Origin: a virus
DNA length: 64,000 nucleotides
Direction: 5' to 3' (one strand)
Virus record (IMG/VR): IMGVR_UViG_3300028596_000009
Location: 32,001-96,000 of that record
Numbering within the stretch: position 1 is the first letter of the stretch; every line of letters starts with the position of its first letter. The position numbers and the translations under genes are program-made. This document shows positions 42,837 to 53,635 of this stretch, piece after piece. The notes beneath the pieces are model-generated. The model worked only from the letters and a program-made list of their open reading frames with translations, was not told the origin of the DNA and did not search any database.

Positions 42837-43553
42837 ATGAACGGCAAGGCGCACGCAGCGATAGGCGCCACCTCGCCGCTGGTCCTCATCACGGCCGGAG
42901 CGGACCTCGGTCAGCTTCTGGTCCTGGCGGGGATCGCGGCGGGGGCCGCCCTCGGGCCGGACATCGACCATCCGAACGCCACCGCCACGCGGGCTCTCGG
43001 AACCGCTGTCCACAAGTCGGTCCACACCCTGTCGAAAACAGTCCGCTGGGCAACTTCGACGAGGGCGGACCGGGCGGCGGCGGCACAGTGGGAATCGCTC
43101 GGAAGGGACGCCGATCACAGGGCTCTGACGCACACCGGTGTTTCGGCTCTGGTGGTCGGGACGGCCGGATTCTTCCTGTCACTTATCCCGTTCGGTTCGG
43201 TGGCTGTGGTAGCCCTGGGCGGGTGGCTGGTGGGGAACCTGGTGAAGCGGACCACGGCGCCGGTCGTGTGCATCGCGCTCACTGGACTGGCCGTCATGTG
43301 CAGCGTCCCGGCGTGGATGGCTGCTTCGGCTGTCGCGCTGGGCTGGCTGTCCCACGTCCTCGCGGACGCCTGCACGATGGGCGGGGTGCCGCTGATGTGG
43401 CCGATGCGGCGGGACGGGAAGCGGTGGAAGCACACGCGCTTCCTCGGAAAGATGCTTCGCTCGGGTGCTTCCTCCGAGTGGGCCGTGGCGATGGGATTCA
43501 TCGTCGTCCTGTCCTTCCCGTTCACAGTAGTGATGCTCACGCCCTACCGCTGA
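42837..43553 (+). CDS. Membrane-bound metal-dependent hydrolase (YdjM-like)
   Basis: H...PDIDHP...HRALTH...SHVLADACT..GVP with TM segments. Confidence 0.85.
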   Translation: MNGKAHAAIGATSPLVLITAGADLGQLLVLAGIAAGAALGPDIDHPNATATRALGTAVHKSVHTLSKTVRWATSTRADRAAAAQWESLGRDADHRALTHTGVSALVVGTAGFFLSLIPFGSVAVVALGGWLVGNLVKRTTAPVVCIALTGLAVMCSVPAWMAASAVALGWLSHVLADACTMGGVPLMWPMRRDGKRWKHTRFLGKMLRSGASSEWAVAMGFIVVLSFPFTVVMLTPYR

Positions 43554-45178
43554 CCTGCGGAAACATCGAGGAAGCACCGAGGAAGCAGTTCAAGGAAACA
43601 CGGAAACGGAGAAGGAAACATGACGTCGTACGCGACGGTTCTGTACGGGTTCAAGATGGAGAACGACGGGTTCTTGACCGACGGCATCCACGATAAGTGC
43701 GAGCTGGGCATGGAGCTGAAGCAGGCGGTGGCCTTCCACCTCCGTGAGGAGCTGGGAACCATCATCGACGAGAAGCCCGTGAAGGTCGCCCGCTTCGACG
43801 ACCACGTGGAGCTGCTCCGCCAGGAGACCGGCCTGTGGGTCGAGCCGTGGGGCGAGAAGACGTGCTTCATCACCATGATCAAGATGTGCCACGTCGGCGG
43901 CGAGTTCGAGCCCAAGCGCATCCCGCTGAACACCCCTGGCCCCGGAACCCTCCACGAACTCCTGGGGGCGGCTTCGAAGGCGGGAATCGACATCGACGTT
44001 CAGGAGCCCGCCTGGTTCCTCCTGTCCGGCAGCGAGTGAAGGAGACGGCGATGAGCGGAAATGCGAGGGCGAAGCTGTTCTGCGGCACCGAGCTGGACTT
44101 CTGCACGACCGACGAGATGGACGAGGACTACGAGAGGGACTACTCGGACGTGGGCGTGTACGCCCGGCACATCGCAAGGTCGATGGACGAAGGTCCGCTC
44201 GCCGACAACTTCAACGAGGAGACCCTCGCGGAGCAGTACGGCCTGCGGGTTCTGATGGCCGACAACAGCCTCTTCCTGGCGATCGAGGACAGCGTGACCG
44301 AGGTCAGCGGCAACGGCATCCACGACGTGAACTCTCTGGCCTACTCGCGGCGGTACGAGGAGCTGCTGGGATTCGCCCTGCTGAGGATCGACAACTCGGA
44401 GACCCAGCCGAAGTGGCTGCTGGCCACCGACTGCAACTGACCCACGGAAAGGGGACAGACATGAAGGCGAAGTTCTTCTACGGAGTGAAGCTCGACCACA
44501 CCAACTACCCGAGCGGCGTCACGAAGCTGCTGGAGAAGTGGGGCAACCCCGAGGAGGCCCTGTCGATCCACCTGCTGAAGGAGGGCGGGTACACGATCGA
44601 CAACGAGTACGACGCGGAGGAGGAGCTGGCCAGGAAGACCGCGATCCGCGTGCTCGACCTCGGGGACTTCGGCACCTACCTGGCGCTGGAGAAGGCGATC
44701 ACGTCCCTCGACTCGCACGGAGTCACCAAGGCCGACATGGCGCCGACGGAGCTGGGAGAGCAGCTTCGGATGGAGGTCTATGCCAAGCGGCTCGGCACCA
44801 ACGCCCTCGGAAACACCGGCTGGAGCCTGTGGGGCGACCACGTGTGAAGTGCTTCCTGCCGCTTCCGTGGTGCTTCCTCCTCATCGGGGAAGCGCTGCGG
44901 TGGACAACAGGAAACACCTGCTGACCTGCGGAAACACAAGGAAGCAAGGGAGGAAGCATGGAGGAACAGGAAGACTGTGCCGCTCTCGCGGAAGACTGGT
45001 TCCCCGAAGCCAGCGAGGAAGCACTGGAACTCGCGACCGAGACTCTCACCCACATCATGAACAACCCGTTCATGCTGGTCGACGACGCACAGATCGAACT
45101 TCTGATGAGGCTGGCCACCTTCGCCGACGCGGGCGAGAAGCTCGCCATGGAACTCATCAAGAGCCGGAAGGAAGCACC

Positions 45179-45400
45179 GTGAACCGCACTGAGATCGAGA
45201 ACCTCTTCACCTACCACCCGCCGTTCGGCAGCCAGCCCGACCGCTACATCGAGATCCGTCAGATGGCCTTGGAGTTCGCCCTCCGCCTGGAGGAACTGTG
45301 CCCGCCGTCCGACGAGCGCAAGGAAGCGATCCGGCACATCGACTACGCGGTGATGCGGGCCAACGCCTCCATCGCCCGGCACGAGACGGAGGAGCAGTGA
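45179..45400 (+). CDS. Acb2/Tad1-like helical-hairpin anti-defence sponge
   Basis: IENLFTYHPP...Y..IR...CPPSDERKEAIRHIDYAVMRANASIAR. Confidence 0.6.
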   Translation: MNRTEIENLFTYHPPFGSQPDRYIEIRQMALEFALRLEELCPPSDERKEAIRHIDYAVMRANASIARHETEEQ

Positions 45401-45932
45401 GCGACCGCAAGTACGACACCTGGCACAACGTGTACGTCGGGGACCGGGGCTGGGCGATCGGAGGCCACCGGCCGGACTGCCCCACCCAGCCGGGCAACCC
45501 GGCGTCGTACAACTGCCTGACCTACGCCAACGTGCGGGACTACGCCCGGAACTACCCGGAACTCCAGGTCATCACCGACGGCGCCTACCGGATCCGCTAC
45601 TGGCACAGCGACGAGGAGCCCGGCGGCGGCTTCGAGATCGAGAGGATGGGCTGAGTCATGCGCAGCTACGACGAGTGGCACGACCTGTATATCGACGGGG
45701 ACGGCGAGTGGAGCCTGACCCACCCCATCGCCAAGTGCCCGTCCTACCCCGACGGCCCTGAGCCTGGCGACACCGCCTACGGATGCGGCACGGAGGACGT
45801 CATGGGCGTCCACGGCACCGAGTACCCGGAGCTGGCCAAGCTCAAGGAGGGCCACTACCGGATCCGCTACTGGGGCGAGACGTCTCCGGTCGACGGGGAG
45901 TTCGAGGACGGCTTCGACGTGGAGGTGGCCGG

Positions 45933-46355
45933 GTGAAGCCGCTCGTCATCCTGGTCACCGGCTCCCGGGACTATACCGACCGGGCCTTCGTGTACGCGGC
46001 GCTCGGGCGGGCCCGCGAGTTCTACAGCGACCGCCGGATCATCGTCCGTCATGGGCTGGCCAAGGGTGCGGACACTCTGGCCAGCGACTGGGTGCAGTCC
46101 ATCGGGAACCACCGGCTGGTCGACGAGGATCCGCACGACCCGAACGACCACGGTCCGTGGCCTGCCGCCGGGATGATCCGAAACGCGCACATGATCCGGC
46201 TGGAACCGCGTCCCGACTGGTGCCTCGGCTTCGTCAACCGGTGCCGCAGGCCGCAGTGCAAGAACCGGCAGCTCCACGGATCGCATGGCGCTGAGGGGTG
46301 CCTGGAGATGGCCGAGAGGGCGCAGATCCCCTTCAAGGCATGGAGAACGTTCTGA
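45933..46355 (+). CDS. SLOG/YspA-like (DUF2493) nucleotide-binding protein
   Basis: ILVTGSRDY, HGLAKGAD, AGMIRNAHM, SHGA. Confidence 0.8.
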   Translation: MKPLVILVTGSRDYTDRAFVYAALGRAREFYSDRRIIVRHGLAKGADTLASDWVQSIGNHRLVDEDPHDPNDHGPWPAAGMIRNAHMIRLEPRPDWCLGFVNRCRRPQCKNRQLHGSHGAEGCLEMAERAQIPFKAWRTF

Positions 46356-46381
46356 TCTGAGCCTTCTGGAAGGAGAAGGGC

Positions 46382-47257
46382 ATGGAGCAGCTTGAGATTT
46401 TCTTCGAGGACAACGAGATTCTGAAGCAGTACGAGGCGATACCGGCGCCGCTTCAGCGCAAGCTGGAGACTCACTTCGCCACCCTCGTGGCGTGCGTGTC
46501 GATGAGGAAGACGCCGTTCCCCGCGCACCGCAACCGTGGTGTTTCCATCACGGTGGAGAACCCCAGGACCACGGTCGTCGTCCATGCGACGCGGGTGCAG
46601 GGCGGCGTGGAGATACTCGGTGTCATCGCCCGGGTCCGCACCCCGGACCAGCAGGAGGACTACCGGGCCGAGCGGGGCGTGGACTGCCCGTTCTGCGGCG
46701 CCGGGAAGGGCAACGCCTGCGTGGGGACCGACGGGCATGTCCTGACCTACGTCGGCACACGGAAAGACAAGCGACGTACCCACGCTGCCCGCCGCGAGCT
46801 GCACCAGACCGGCTCCGTGAAGAGGTTCAGCGGGGTCCAGAAGTCCATCCCGTTCATGACGGCTTCGGGGATCCGTAACGAGATGGCCGACGGCCGGGAC
46901 TCCGACTGGGCTGAGGTGTTTGACCAGTACAGGAACATGTACGACTCCGTCGAGATGGCCGACGGGCTGGTGGACGGCGCGATGCGGGTGATCGAGAAGC
47001 ATCACCCGGACCATCTGTGGTCGCCGTCGAAGTTCTGGAACCTGATGTGCGAGCACATCAGCGGCCCGCACGAGAATCCCGATCGGATGATCGTGACGAT
47101 GATGGGCAGGAGCCTGAGGCTCGGCATCATCACGCAGAAGCAGCACGACTACTACCTGCGCATGGGGGTCAGGGGCTACGCCGCGTTCGTCGGCCTGGAC
47201 TTCGCCCCGCACCCGCTCGGCGGCTTCGTCGCCGTCCGCAGCCTGAAGGGAATCTGA
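46382..47257 (+). CDS. Multidomain protein with central Zn finger
   Basis: CPFCGAGKGNAC...THAAR. Confidence 0.6.
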   Translation: MEQLEIFFEDNEILKQYEAIPAPLQRKLETHFATLVACVSMRKTPFPAHRNRGVSITVENPRTTVVVHATRVQGGVEILGVIARVRTPDQQEDYRAERGVDCPFCGAGKGNACVGTDGHVLTYVGTRKDKRRTHAARRELHQTGSVKRFSGVQKSIPFMTASGIRNEMADGRDSDWAEVFDQYRNMYDSVEMADGLVDGAMRVIEKHHPDHLWSPSKFWNLMCEHISGPHENPDRMIVTMMGRSLRLGIITQKQHDYYLRMGVRGYAAFVGLDFAPHPLGGFVAVRSLKGI

Positions 47258-48917
47258 TGGGGCTGAACATCGACGGCGTGACGAAGTGGAGCTACGGCGC
47301 CTTCAACACCTGGCGGGCACAGATCGCCCATCACGAGGGGTTCACGTTCTCCGAGATGGAAGGGTGCGGCGGCGTGCGCCCCTGGAGCGAGGTCGACTCC
47401 GTCCTGCTGCCCCTGCTGGACCACCCGGACGACGACGGTGAGCTGACCGCTGCGGAGTGCGCGCAGATGCACACCTACCTCCGTGAGGTGGTCGACAAGC
47501 TGTGGCCTTCCTGGCAGTACGACGGGCTGGGGGAACGGCAGCGGGGCCTGGAGCTGGCGGACGCGATGAAGGAGGCCGCCGAGGGCGGCTGGAGTCTGGA
47601 GTTCCAGTGAGAACTGCCCTCGTGACCGATGGCCTGTCGTCGAAGGATCTGATCGACCACCTGCGTGCAGCCGTGGGGGCTGCACAGGATGAGAGGAGGG
47701 GAACGATGAGCACCGAGATGATGGTCTACGTGGCGGTGCGCTGCCCGCAGGCGCCGACGGCGGACCAGTTGTCCGCGCTGACTCGGAACATCAACGGGGA
47801 GATACGCCACAGTGAGCACACCGGGCTGCTGGAGATGTACTGGCGTGTGCCGTCCGAGCGGCTTCTGGGCGTCGCGTCCACGGTGCCGAAGCTGGTGTCG
47901 CAGACGCTGACGACGGCCTTCAGGGACGAGCCGGAGGTCGTCTCCCTGAACGTCATTTCCACAGCGAAGCAGTAGGGAAGCAAGGAAGCGGGTGCTTCCG
48001 GGGAAACAGGAAGTACCCACAGGAAGCGGGGAAACCCGCAGATCAGGAGGCATGTGATGGCGACCGGACCCGAGCACTACGCCGAGGCCGAGAAGCTGCT
48101 GGAAGCGGAGAAGACCCTCTCCGCGAAGAACACCGACCTGCGCAACCTGACGGTCAACAAGGCCCTCGCGCATGCGGTGCTGGCCCTGGCCGCCGCGTCG
48201 GCGCCGACCTCGACGACCCAGGCGGAGAAGTGGTCGCGGGTGATCCGGTGAGCGCACTGGCCAAGGGGACCCGGGCGCTGAGCCATGTGTTCGCCAAGGC
48301 CCCTGCCGGTACCTACGTGCTGTTCGCCGTGGACCGGGACGACTCCGGCTCCGGACGGGGAGCCCTGGATGAGATATCCCTGGCCCGGGACGGCAGGAAC
48401 ATCCTGGTCAGGAACGGCTTCAGGGGCGTCGCCGAGACCGTGGGCAAGTCCATGGACAGCCTGAACGGCGGCTACCTGGTGCTGACCGGCGGCGACTTCA
48501 CCTCCGAGAACAACCCGCGTACGTCCTGGGTCTGGCAGGTGCTGGCGGGGTCTCTCCTCCCGCTTTCCGGCGACGCGGCCTGGGACGTGCTCCAGCACTA
48601 CCCGACGGCGCAGGGGTACGTGTGGCTGTCGAAGGAGACCAGCTACGAGGACGCATGGGCTACGACATAGACCCGGACCGTCATCTCCTCGCACTGGCCT
48701 GCGGATTGGCCACGGGGATGGTGTGCGTCGTTGCCTGGATCGTGGTGGAACTCCTGCGTTCTTAACCATTGCGAAGAAGCGTGCAAACGCCCGGATGGAA
48801 GCGGCCCGCCTCTGCATTTCCGGTCGAGGAAGCAGGGTTTCCTGGCAGGAAGCGGCGTGGGAAACTGATTCCATCCGGGCTTTTGCTTGGAAGTAACTCT
48901 CTGGAAAGGAGGAACTG

Positions 48918-49442
48918 GTGAAGAAAATGAAAGCAAGGCTGGGCTGGATTCCCAGTGGCGCCAAGGGGTCCACCGAGGAACTGTTGAAGTGGATCGACAG
49001 CGGCCAGGACAAGGAACTGTCCAGGAAGAAGCTGACCTTCTGTGCGTGCGTTGCTGGCGGTGCCGTGCTGCTCGTCGTGCAGGTTCCCGTGGTCGGCCCC
49101 ACCGCGATTGTGCTGGGCGCGCTGGCGGTATTCGCCTGGTTCGACAAGACCCCGCAGGAGGAGATGAGGATGCGGTTCTCGGACTTCAGCACGGAGTCCT
49201 TCGTCATCGGCGACGAGCAGGTGCCGGGCATGGAGGTGCTCTGGCGCTACATCCAGGCCCATCCCGGCAAGACCCCGGCCGAGCTGGCCGAGTACCTGTC
49301 GCAGGCGCCCGGTTCCCCCACGGTCAGCCCGCGCCTGATGGCCGGTGTGATGACCGAGCTGGGCATCCCGATCCCGCGCCAGGAGCAGCCCCAGGCCCCC
49401 GTCGAGAAGCCCGCCGAGGAGCCGGAGCCGGTCAAGGAGTAG
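48918..49442 (+). CDS. Membrane protein
   Basis: Two TM segments followed by a helical cytoplasmic domain. Confidence 0.6.
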   Translation: MKKMKARLGWIPSGAKGSTEELLKWIDSGQDKELSRKKLTFCACVAGGAVLLVVQVPVVGPTAIVLGALAVFAWFDKTPQEEMRMRFSDFSTESFVIGDEQVPGMEVLWRYIQAHPGKTPAELAEYLSQAPGSPTVSPRLMAGVMTELGIPIPRQEQPQAPVEKPAEEPEPVKE

Positions 49443-50857
49443 CTTCCGGCGCCTCTCTGTCCAATAGATCTGTCTATCCACTCCCCTCCTCTCGGCGGGT
49501 GTGCCCCCTCAAAACAAGATGCGCTGGTCAGCGCTGTGACGTGGGACGAGACCCGGGAAAAGCCGAGAAGTGGGGGACAGGATGGACAGATCTAGTGGGT
49601 CTGTTTAGTGGACAGACTTGCGGTAGCCTTTTCCGCATGGATGAGGAGACGAAATCTGAGATCCGGCGCCGTAGTTTCGCGGCCTGGTACCGCTTCTACG
49701 AAGGAACCGAGGGCGGGCCGGTCGACTCGGTCGAGGTGGTCGAGGTGAACGACAAGTACTACGCGGCCGTCCGGCATGCCGGAAAGCTGCGGGCGGTCTT
49801 CCGGGTCCGCAACGACCTGAAGCTGAAGCGCCTGTTCAAGTGGCCCAAGGTGATCGTGTGACTGTCACATGGAGCTTGTTGTGCCGGTCTGATCCCGTGA
49901 GGTCGGCATATAGGTTCCCGTTAAGAGCGCTGGGGAGTTCGTGATGGACGAGGACATCGATTACGGGGACGAAGATGACCTGACGGGTGATTCGGAGGAG
50001 GCCGTTGCGCGGCCTCTCACTGAGACGGAACTCGCTGAGGCCGAAGAGAGGAACCTGGTACGCAGGAAAGTCGAGATAGAGGCCATAAGAGGCTTCCCGT
50101 GGGCCTCCTGCCCCGTCTGGCAGGAAGACATCCCGCCGGAAGACCGTGATCCTCCGTGGCGAATTCCAGGACAGCGTGCTTCCGGGTACTTCCGGATCGA
50201 TGAGATCGAGCGCTTCCTGCTTCTCGGGGACCACCCGCTTAACGAAAGCAACGAGTAGAAGGAAGAAGCAGTGGGTCTGGGGAATGCAGTTCTTCGTATG
50301 TTCGGCTGGAACGTCAAGGTCGGTGCTTCCGGCGATGTGGAGCAGGTCGCGGACGGCCTTTCGGGGAGCGTGGTCGTGCGGCCCAACGGCAGAGGCGGCA
50401 CGAAGGTCGAGGTGAAGTCGGACTCGGGCAAGTGGGTGCTGGACCACTTCGAGTGCGAGAGGTGCGGCTTCGACCGCTACGGCACGTCTTGCACGCGCAC
50501 GAAGGACCGGGGTTACCGGGTGACCTTCACCTGCACGGAGTGCGGGCACGTCGAGCAGTACTTCCAGCGGGAGGTCTGACGGGGCAAAACACGACAGAGC
50601 GTCAGGTAGGTCCGGGCGCACGACACGCCCCACCGCACGACTGAGAAGATCCGCTTCTGAGAATTTTCATCGGCTCGTTTCCACCGCTTCCCCCGGGTGC
50701 TTCCATCTCTGACCTGGGGGTTTCGTGTTTCCCAGGAAGTGCTTCCAGCCATGAGGCACCCTGTTTCCACCACGTGCTTCCTGATGGTCCGTTGACAAGG
50801 AAGCGCCGTCGCTTAGATGATGGCCAAGTCCAAACGGACTGGAAACGGAGACAAGAC

Positions 50858-51940
50858 ATGATGAAGTTCTGGAAGTCGGGTGAGGCGGCGAAGACGCCCG
50901 CCAAGCCCACGACGCGCAAGAAGCAGCAGCCCGAGGTGGAAGCGAGGATGAACGTGGGAGCGTTCCTCCTGACCCCACTCGGCGGCTTCCTGTCCGGTTG
51001 CTCGCTGCTGTGGACCGCCTTCTCGGTCACCGATCTCCTGGGCATCGGGCCGATGGGTCTGACCGTCGCGCTGACGCTCGACCTGATCTGGCTCGTCATC
51101 ATGTACGCCACGCACAAGGAGATCCCGTTCTATGGAAGCCTGACCGCCACTCAGGCCATCGGATGGATCTTCCTCGTCGTCGTCGTCGTGGCCCTCGCCT
51201 GGCACGGCGTCAGCCTGGAGGGCAAGGAGATCCTCGGGTACACGGTGAGCAGGAACGCTTCGCACGCCATGGCCATCATCGGTCCGATCCTCCCGCTGGG
51301 TTCGAAGATCACCTGGGTTCTCGTGAGCGCCGCGTACAAGAAGGCGGAGCAAGAGGCGAACAACCCGGAGGGCTACACCGAGGAGCAGCTCATCGCTCTG
51401 GAGGAGATGGAGCGCGAGTCGAAGTTCGAGGAGGCCGAAGCGGAGAAGGCCCTGGAGGCCAAGCGCCGCAAGCACAAGCTGGAGCTGGAGGAGATCCGGA
51501 TGGGCGGCGAGAAGACCCGCGCCCGCAACGACGTCAACTTCGAGCTGGAGCGGGCGCGCATCGAGCAGGCCACCAAGCTCCGCAACGAGATGCCGGTGGA
51601 CCTGGTCCGCATCATCCAGGGCGAGGTCGAGCAGCCGGTCCTCCCGGCGCAGGCGCAGGCCCCGGCCCTCATGCCGGTCCGTACGATTCCGGCGGCGAAG
51701 GAGAGGGAGCGGACCGAGGTCACCGTCTCCATCACCGACCTGAACGAGGACCAGCGCAAGGCCCGGACGCTCGTGGTTGAGTACCTCCTGCTCAAGCAGA
51801 AGGACCCGACCTACAGCCAGCGGAAGTTCGCCGCCGACAAGGGCATCTCCAGCGGCTGGCTCAACAAGCTGATCACCCGGTACGGCCCGTCCATCGAGAA
51901 CGACGAACTGAGCGACGGCGACGAGGCCATCACCGGCTGA
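50858..51940 (+). CDS. Spd/DUF2637-like membrane + coiled-coil + C-terminal HTH protein
   Basis: Four TM helices, coiled coil, SQRKFAADKGISSGWLNKL HTH. Confidence 0.6.
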   Translation: MMKFWKSGEAAKTPAKPTTRKKQQPEVEARMNVGAFLLTPLGGFLSGCSLLWTAFSVTDLLGIGPMGLTVALTLDLIWLVIMYATHKEIPFYGSLTATQAIGWIFLVVVVVALAWHGVSLEGKEILGYTVSRNASHAMAIIGPILPLGSKITWVLVSAAYKKAEQEANNPEGYTEEQLIALEEMERESKFEEAEAEKALEAKRRKHKLELEEIRMGGEKTRARNDVNFELERARIEQATKLRNEMPVDLVRIIQGEVEQPVLPAQAQAPALMPVRTIPAAKERERTEVTVSITDLNEDQRKARTLVVEYLLLKQKDPTYSQRKFAADKGISSGWLNKLITRYGPSIENDELSDGDEAITG

Positions 51941-52028
51941 CCTTCGCGCGGTACCACCACGGGCCCCTGCGGGGCGTCACTCGGCACACCGCAGGGGCCC
52001 TTCCATGTCCAAGGAGAGGAAGAGAACG

Positions 52029-53093
52029 ATGAGCGACAACTGGCTCGAAGACATCATGCGGGGCAACGCGGCCACCCCCGAGGCGGCGTTTGAGAAGAAG
52101 GCCACGGCGACGGTTCCCAGGCCGCGTCCGTCCGGGATGCCGACCCACCCGAACGAGTGGGGCTCCGGCGGCAAGGTGAACCTGCTTCCGGGTGAGGAGG
52201 AAGCGCCTGCTTCCCCTGCTTCCGATGCCGCTTCCTCGGTGTCGGCCAACACCCCCGAAGAGGACGGTGAGCTGCGGAAGCGCAAGGAAGCGAAGAAGAA
52301 GCGCCCGCTTCCCCCGATGCCGAAGCAGCCCCCGACCGTCCACGAGAACATCGCCTCCGGCGAGCCGGAGAAGGAAGCGGAAGGGGAAGCGGGAAGCGCC
52401 GGGGAAGCGGACGGCGAGGAAGCACAGGAAGCGGTCGACGAGGAGACGAAGGGCCGCATCCGGTCCGCTCTCGCCAAGGCCCGTACGGTGACCGGTTCGG
52501 CGAAGGAGAAGGTCTCCGAGAAGACCAAGCCGGTCAAGGACAAGGTCGTCAATGAGATCGACCCGAAGAAGGCGCAGAAGTGGTCGCTGCTGTGGGCCGG
52601 TGCCGCTTCGTGGGTGATCTCGCCCGGTACGCTCGCTGCCCTCTACGACCGGGCGGTGATGCTGTTCGGCTCGTGGACGGAGAGCTTCCCGAGGGCCGAG
52701 TTCCTCAACTCCGGCGGCATGCCGCATGAGTGGGATCTGCTCCAGGGTCCCGCGTGGTGGGTTCGCAACACCGTCCAGGACGCGTTCGAGGCCGGTGTGA
52801 CGAGCGACCTCCTTGCCGCGCTTGTCGTGGGCGTGGTTCCGACGGTCGCGCTCATGCGCGTGAACCACCGGATCGTCAGGTTCTTCCTGGTGGTGGGAGT
52901 TGCGTACTTCGTCGGCTTCCAGTGGTTCCCGCAGTGGTGGGAGGTCTACATGGCGACCTTGGCCGCCTGTGCGTACTATGGCTGGACGATGGCCAACCGG
53001 ATTCAGTCCGCGTTTCTGGCCTGTATGTTCCGTGTTCCCGTGGCGGCGATTGTCTCGGGATCCATCCTCTACTCTCCGGGGGCGATTTTCTGA
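52029..53093 (+). CDS. Membrane protein with disordered N-terminus
   Basis: Pro/Glu-rich N-half, multi-TM C-half. Confidence 0.65.
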   Translation: MSDNWLEDIMRGNAATPEAAFEKKATATVPRPRPSGMPTHPNEWGSGGKVNLLPGEEEAPASPASDAASSVSANTPEEDGELRKRKEAKKKRPLPPMPKQPPTVHENIASGEPEKEAEGEAGSAGEADGEEAQEAVDEETKGRIRSALAKARTVTGSAKEKVSEKTKPVKDKVVNEIDPKKAQKWSLLWAGAASWVISPGTLAALYDRAVMLFGSWTESFPRAEFLNSGGMPHEWDLLQGPAWWVRNTVQDAFEAGVTSDLLAALVVGVVPTVALMRVNHRIVRFFLVVGVAYFVGFQWFPQWWEVYMATLAACAYYGWTMANRIQSAFLACMFRVPVAAIVSGSILYSPGAIF

Positions 53094-53635
53094 TGGCGCT
53101 GGATTCGATCGTGGCTGCGGCACCGGTCGTGCAGATGCAGTCCAACCCGAACAGTTGGTTCGGAAACGCTGGTTCCGCCTTCGTCGGCGTCGCGTTCCTG
53201 CTGTCCGCTTTCATGCTGGCCAGGTCCGACGAGGCGAAGGGGATCAAGCCCAAGGGTCCGTGGGGACCGTGGCTCGCGAAGAAGCTCGACCACGTCAAGT
53301 GGGACTGGAAGTCCCTGATGTCGTGTCTGTGGGGCTTCTTCGGTACCACCGCCCTGCTGGGTTCCGTCGGTGTCCTCGGCAACCTGTCCCGCTGGTTCCA
53401 GGGACTCTTCTCCTGGATCAAGGACATCGAGTTCATCGCCAACGTCGGCATGGCCGGTGTGTGCCTCTTCATCCTGCTCATGGTGTGGAGGCGGCAGAAC
53501 GACAACATCAGCGACGTGCGCTGGGGCTGCGTCATGGGCCTCGCGTTCCCGCTCGGCGGCGGCATCTGGCTTCAGGCATCCCTCGCCGTCGGCAACATGC
53601 TGGTCAACATCATGAACGGGATCCCCAGGGCATGA
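53093..53635 (+). CDS. Multi-pass membrane protein
   Basis: Several hydrophobic helices, coupled to neighbours. Confidence 0.65.
   Translation: MALDSIVAAAPVVQMQSNPNSWFGNAGSAFVGVAFLLSAFMLARSDEAKGIKPKGPWGPWLAKKLDHVKWDWKSLMSCLWGFFGTTALLGSVGVLGNLSRWFQGLFSWIKDIEFIANVGMAGVCLFILLMVWRRQNDNISDVRWGCVMGLAFPLGGGIWLQASLAVGNMLVNIMNGIPRA

Larger units (their letters stand above)
43559..52433. repeat. Dispersed clusters of the GGAARC hexamer (both orientations)
   Basis: Clusters at about 43559-43620, 44851-44957, 47972-48035, 48796-48865, 50677-50804 and 52184-52433. Confidence 0.75.
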
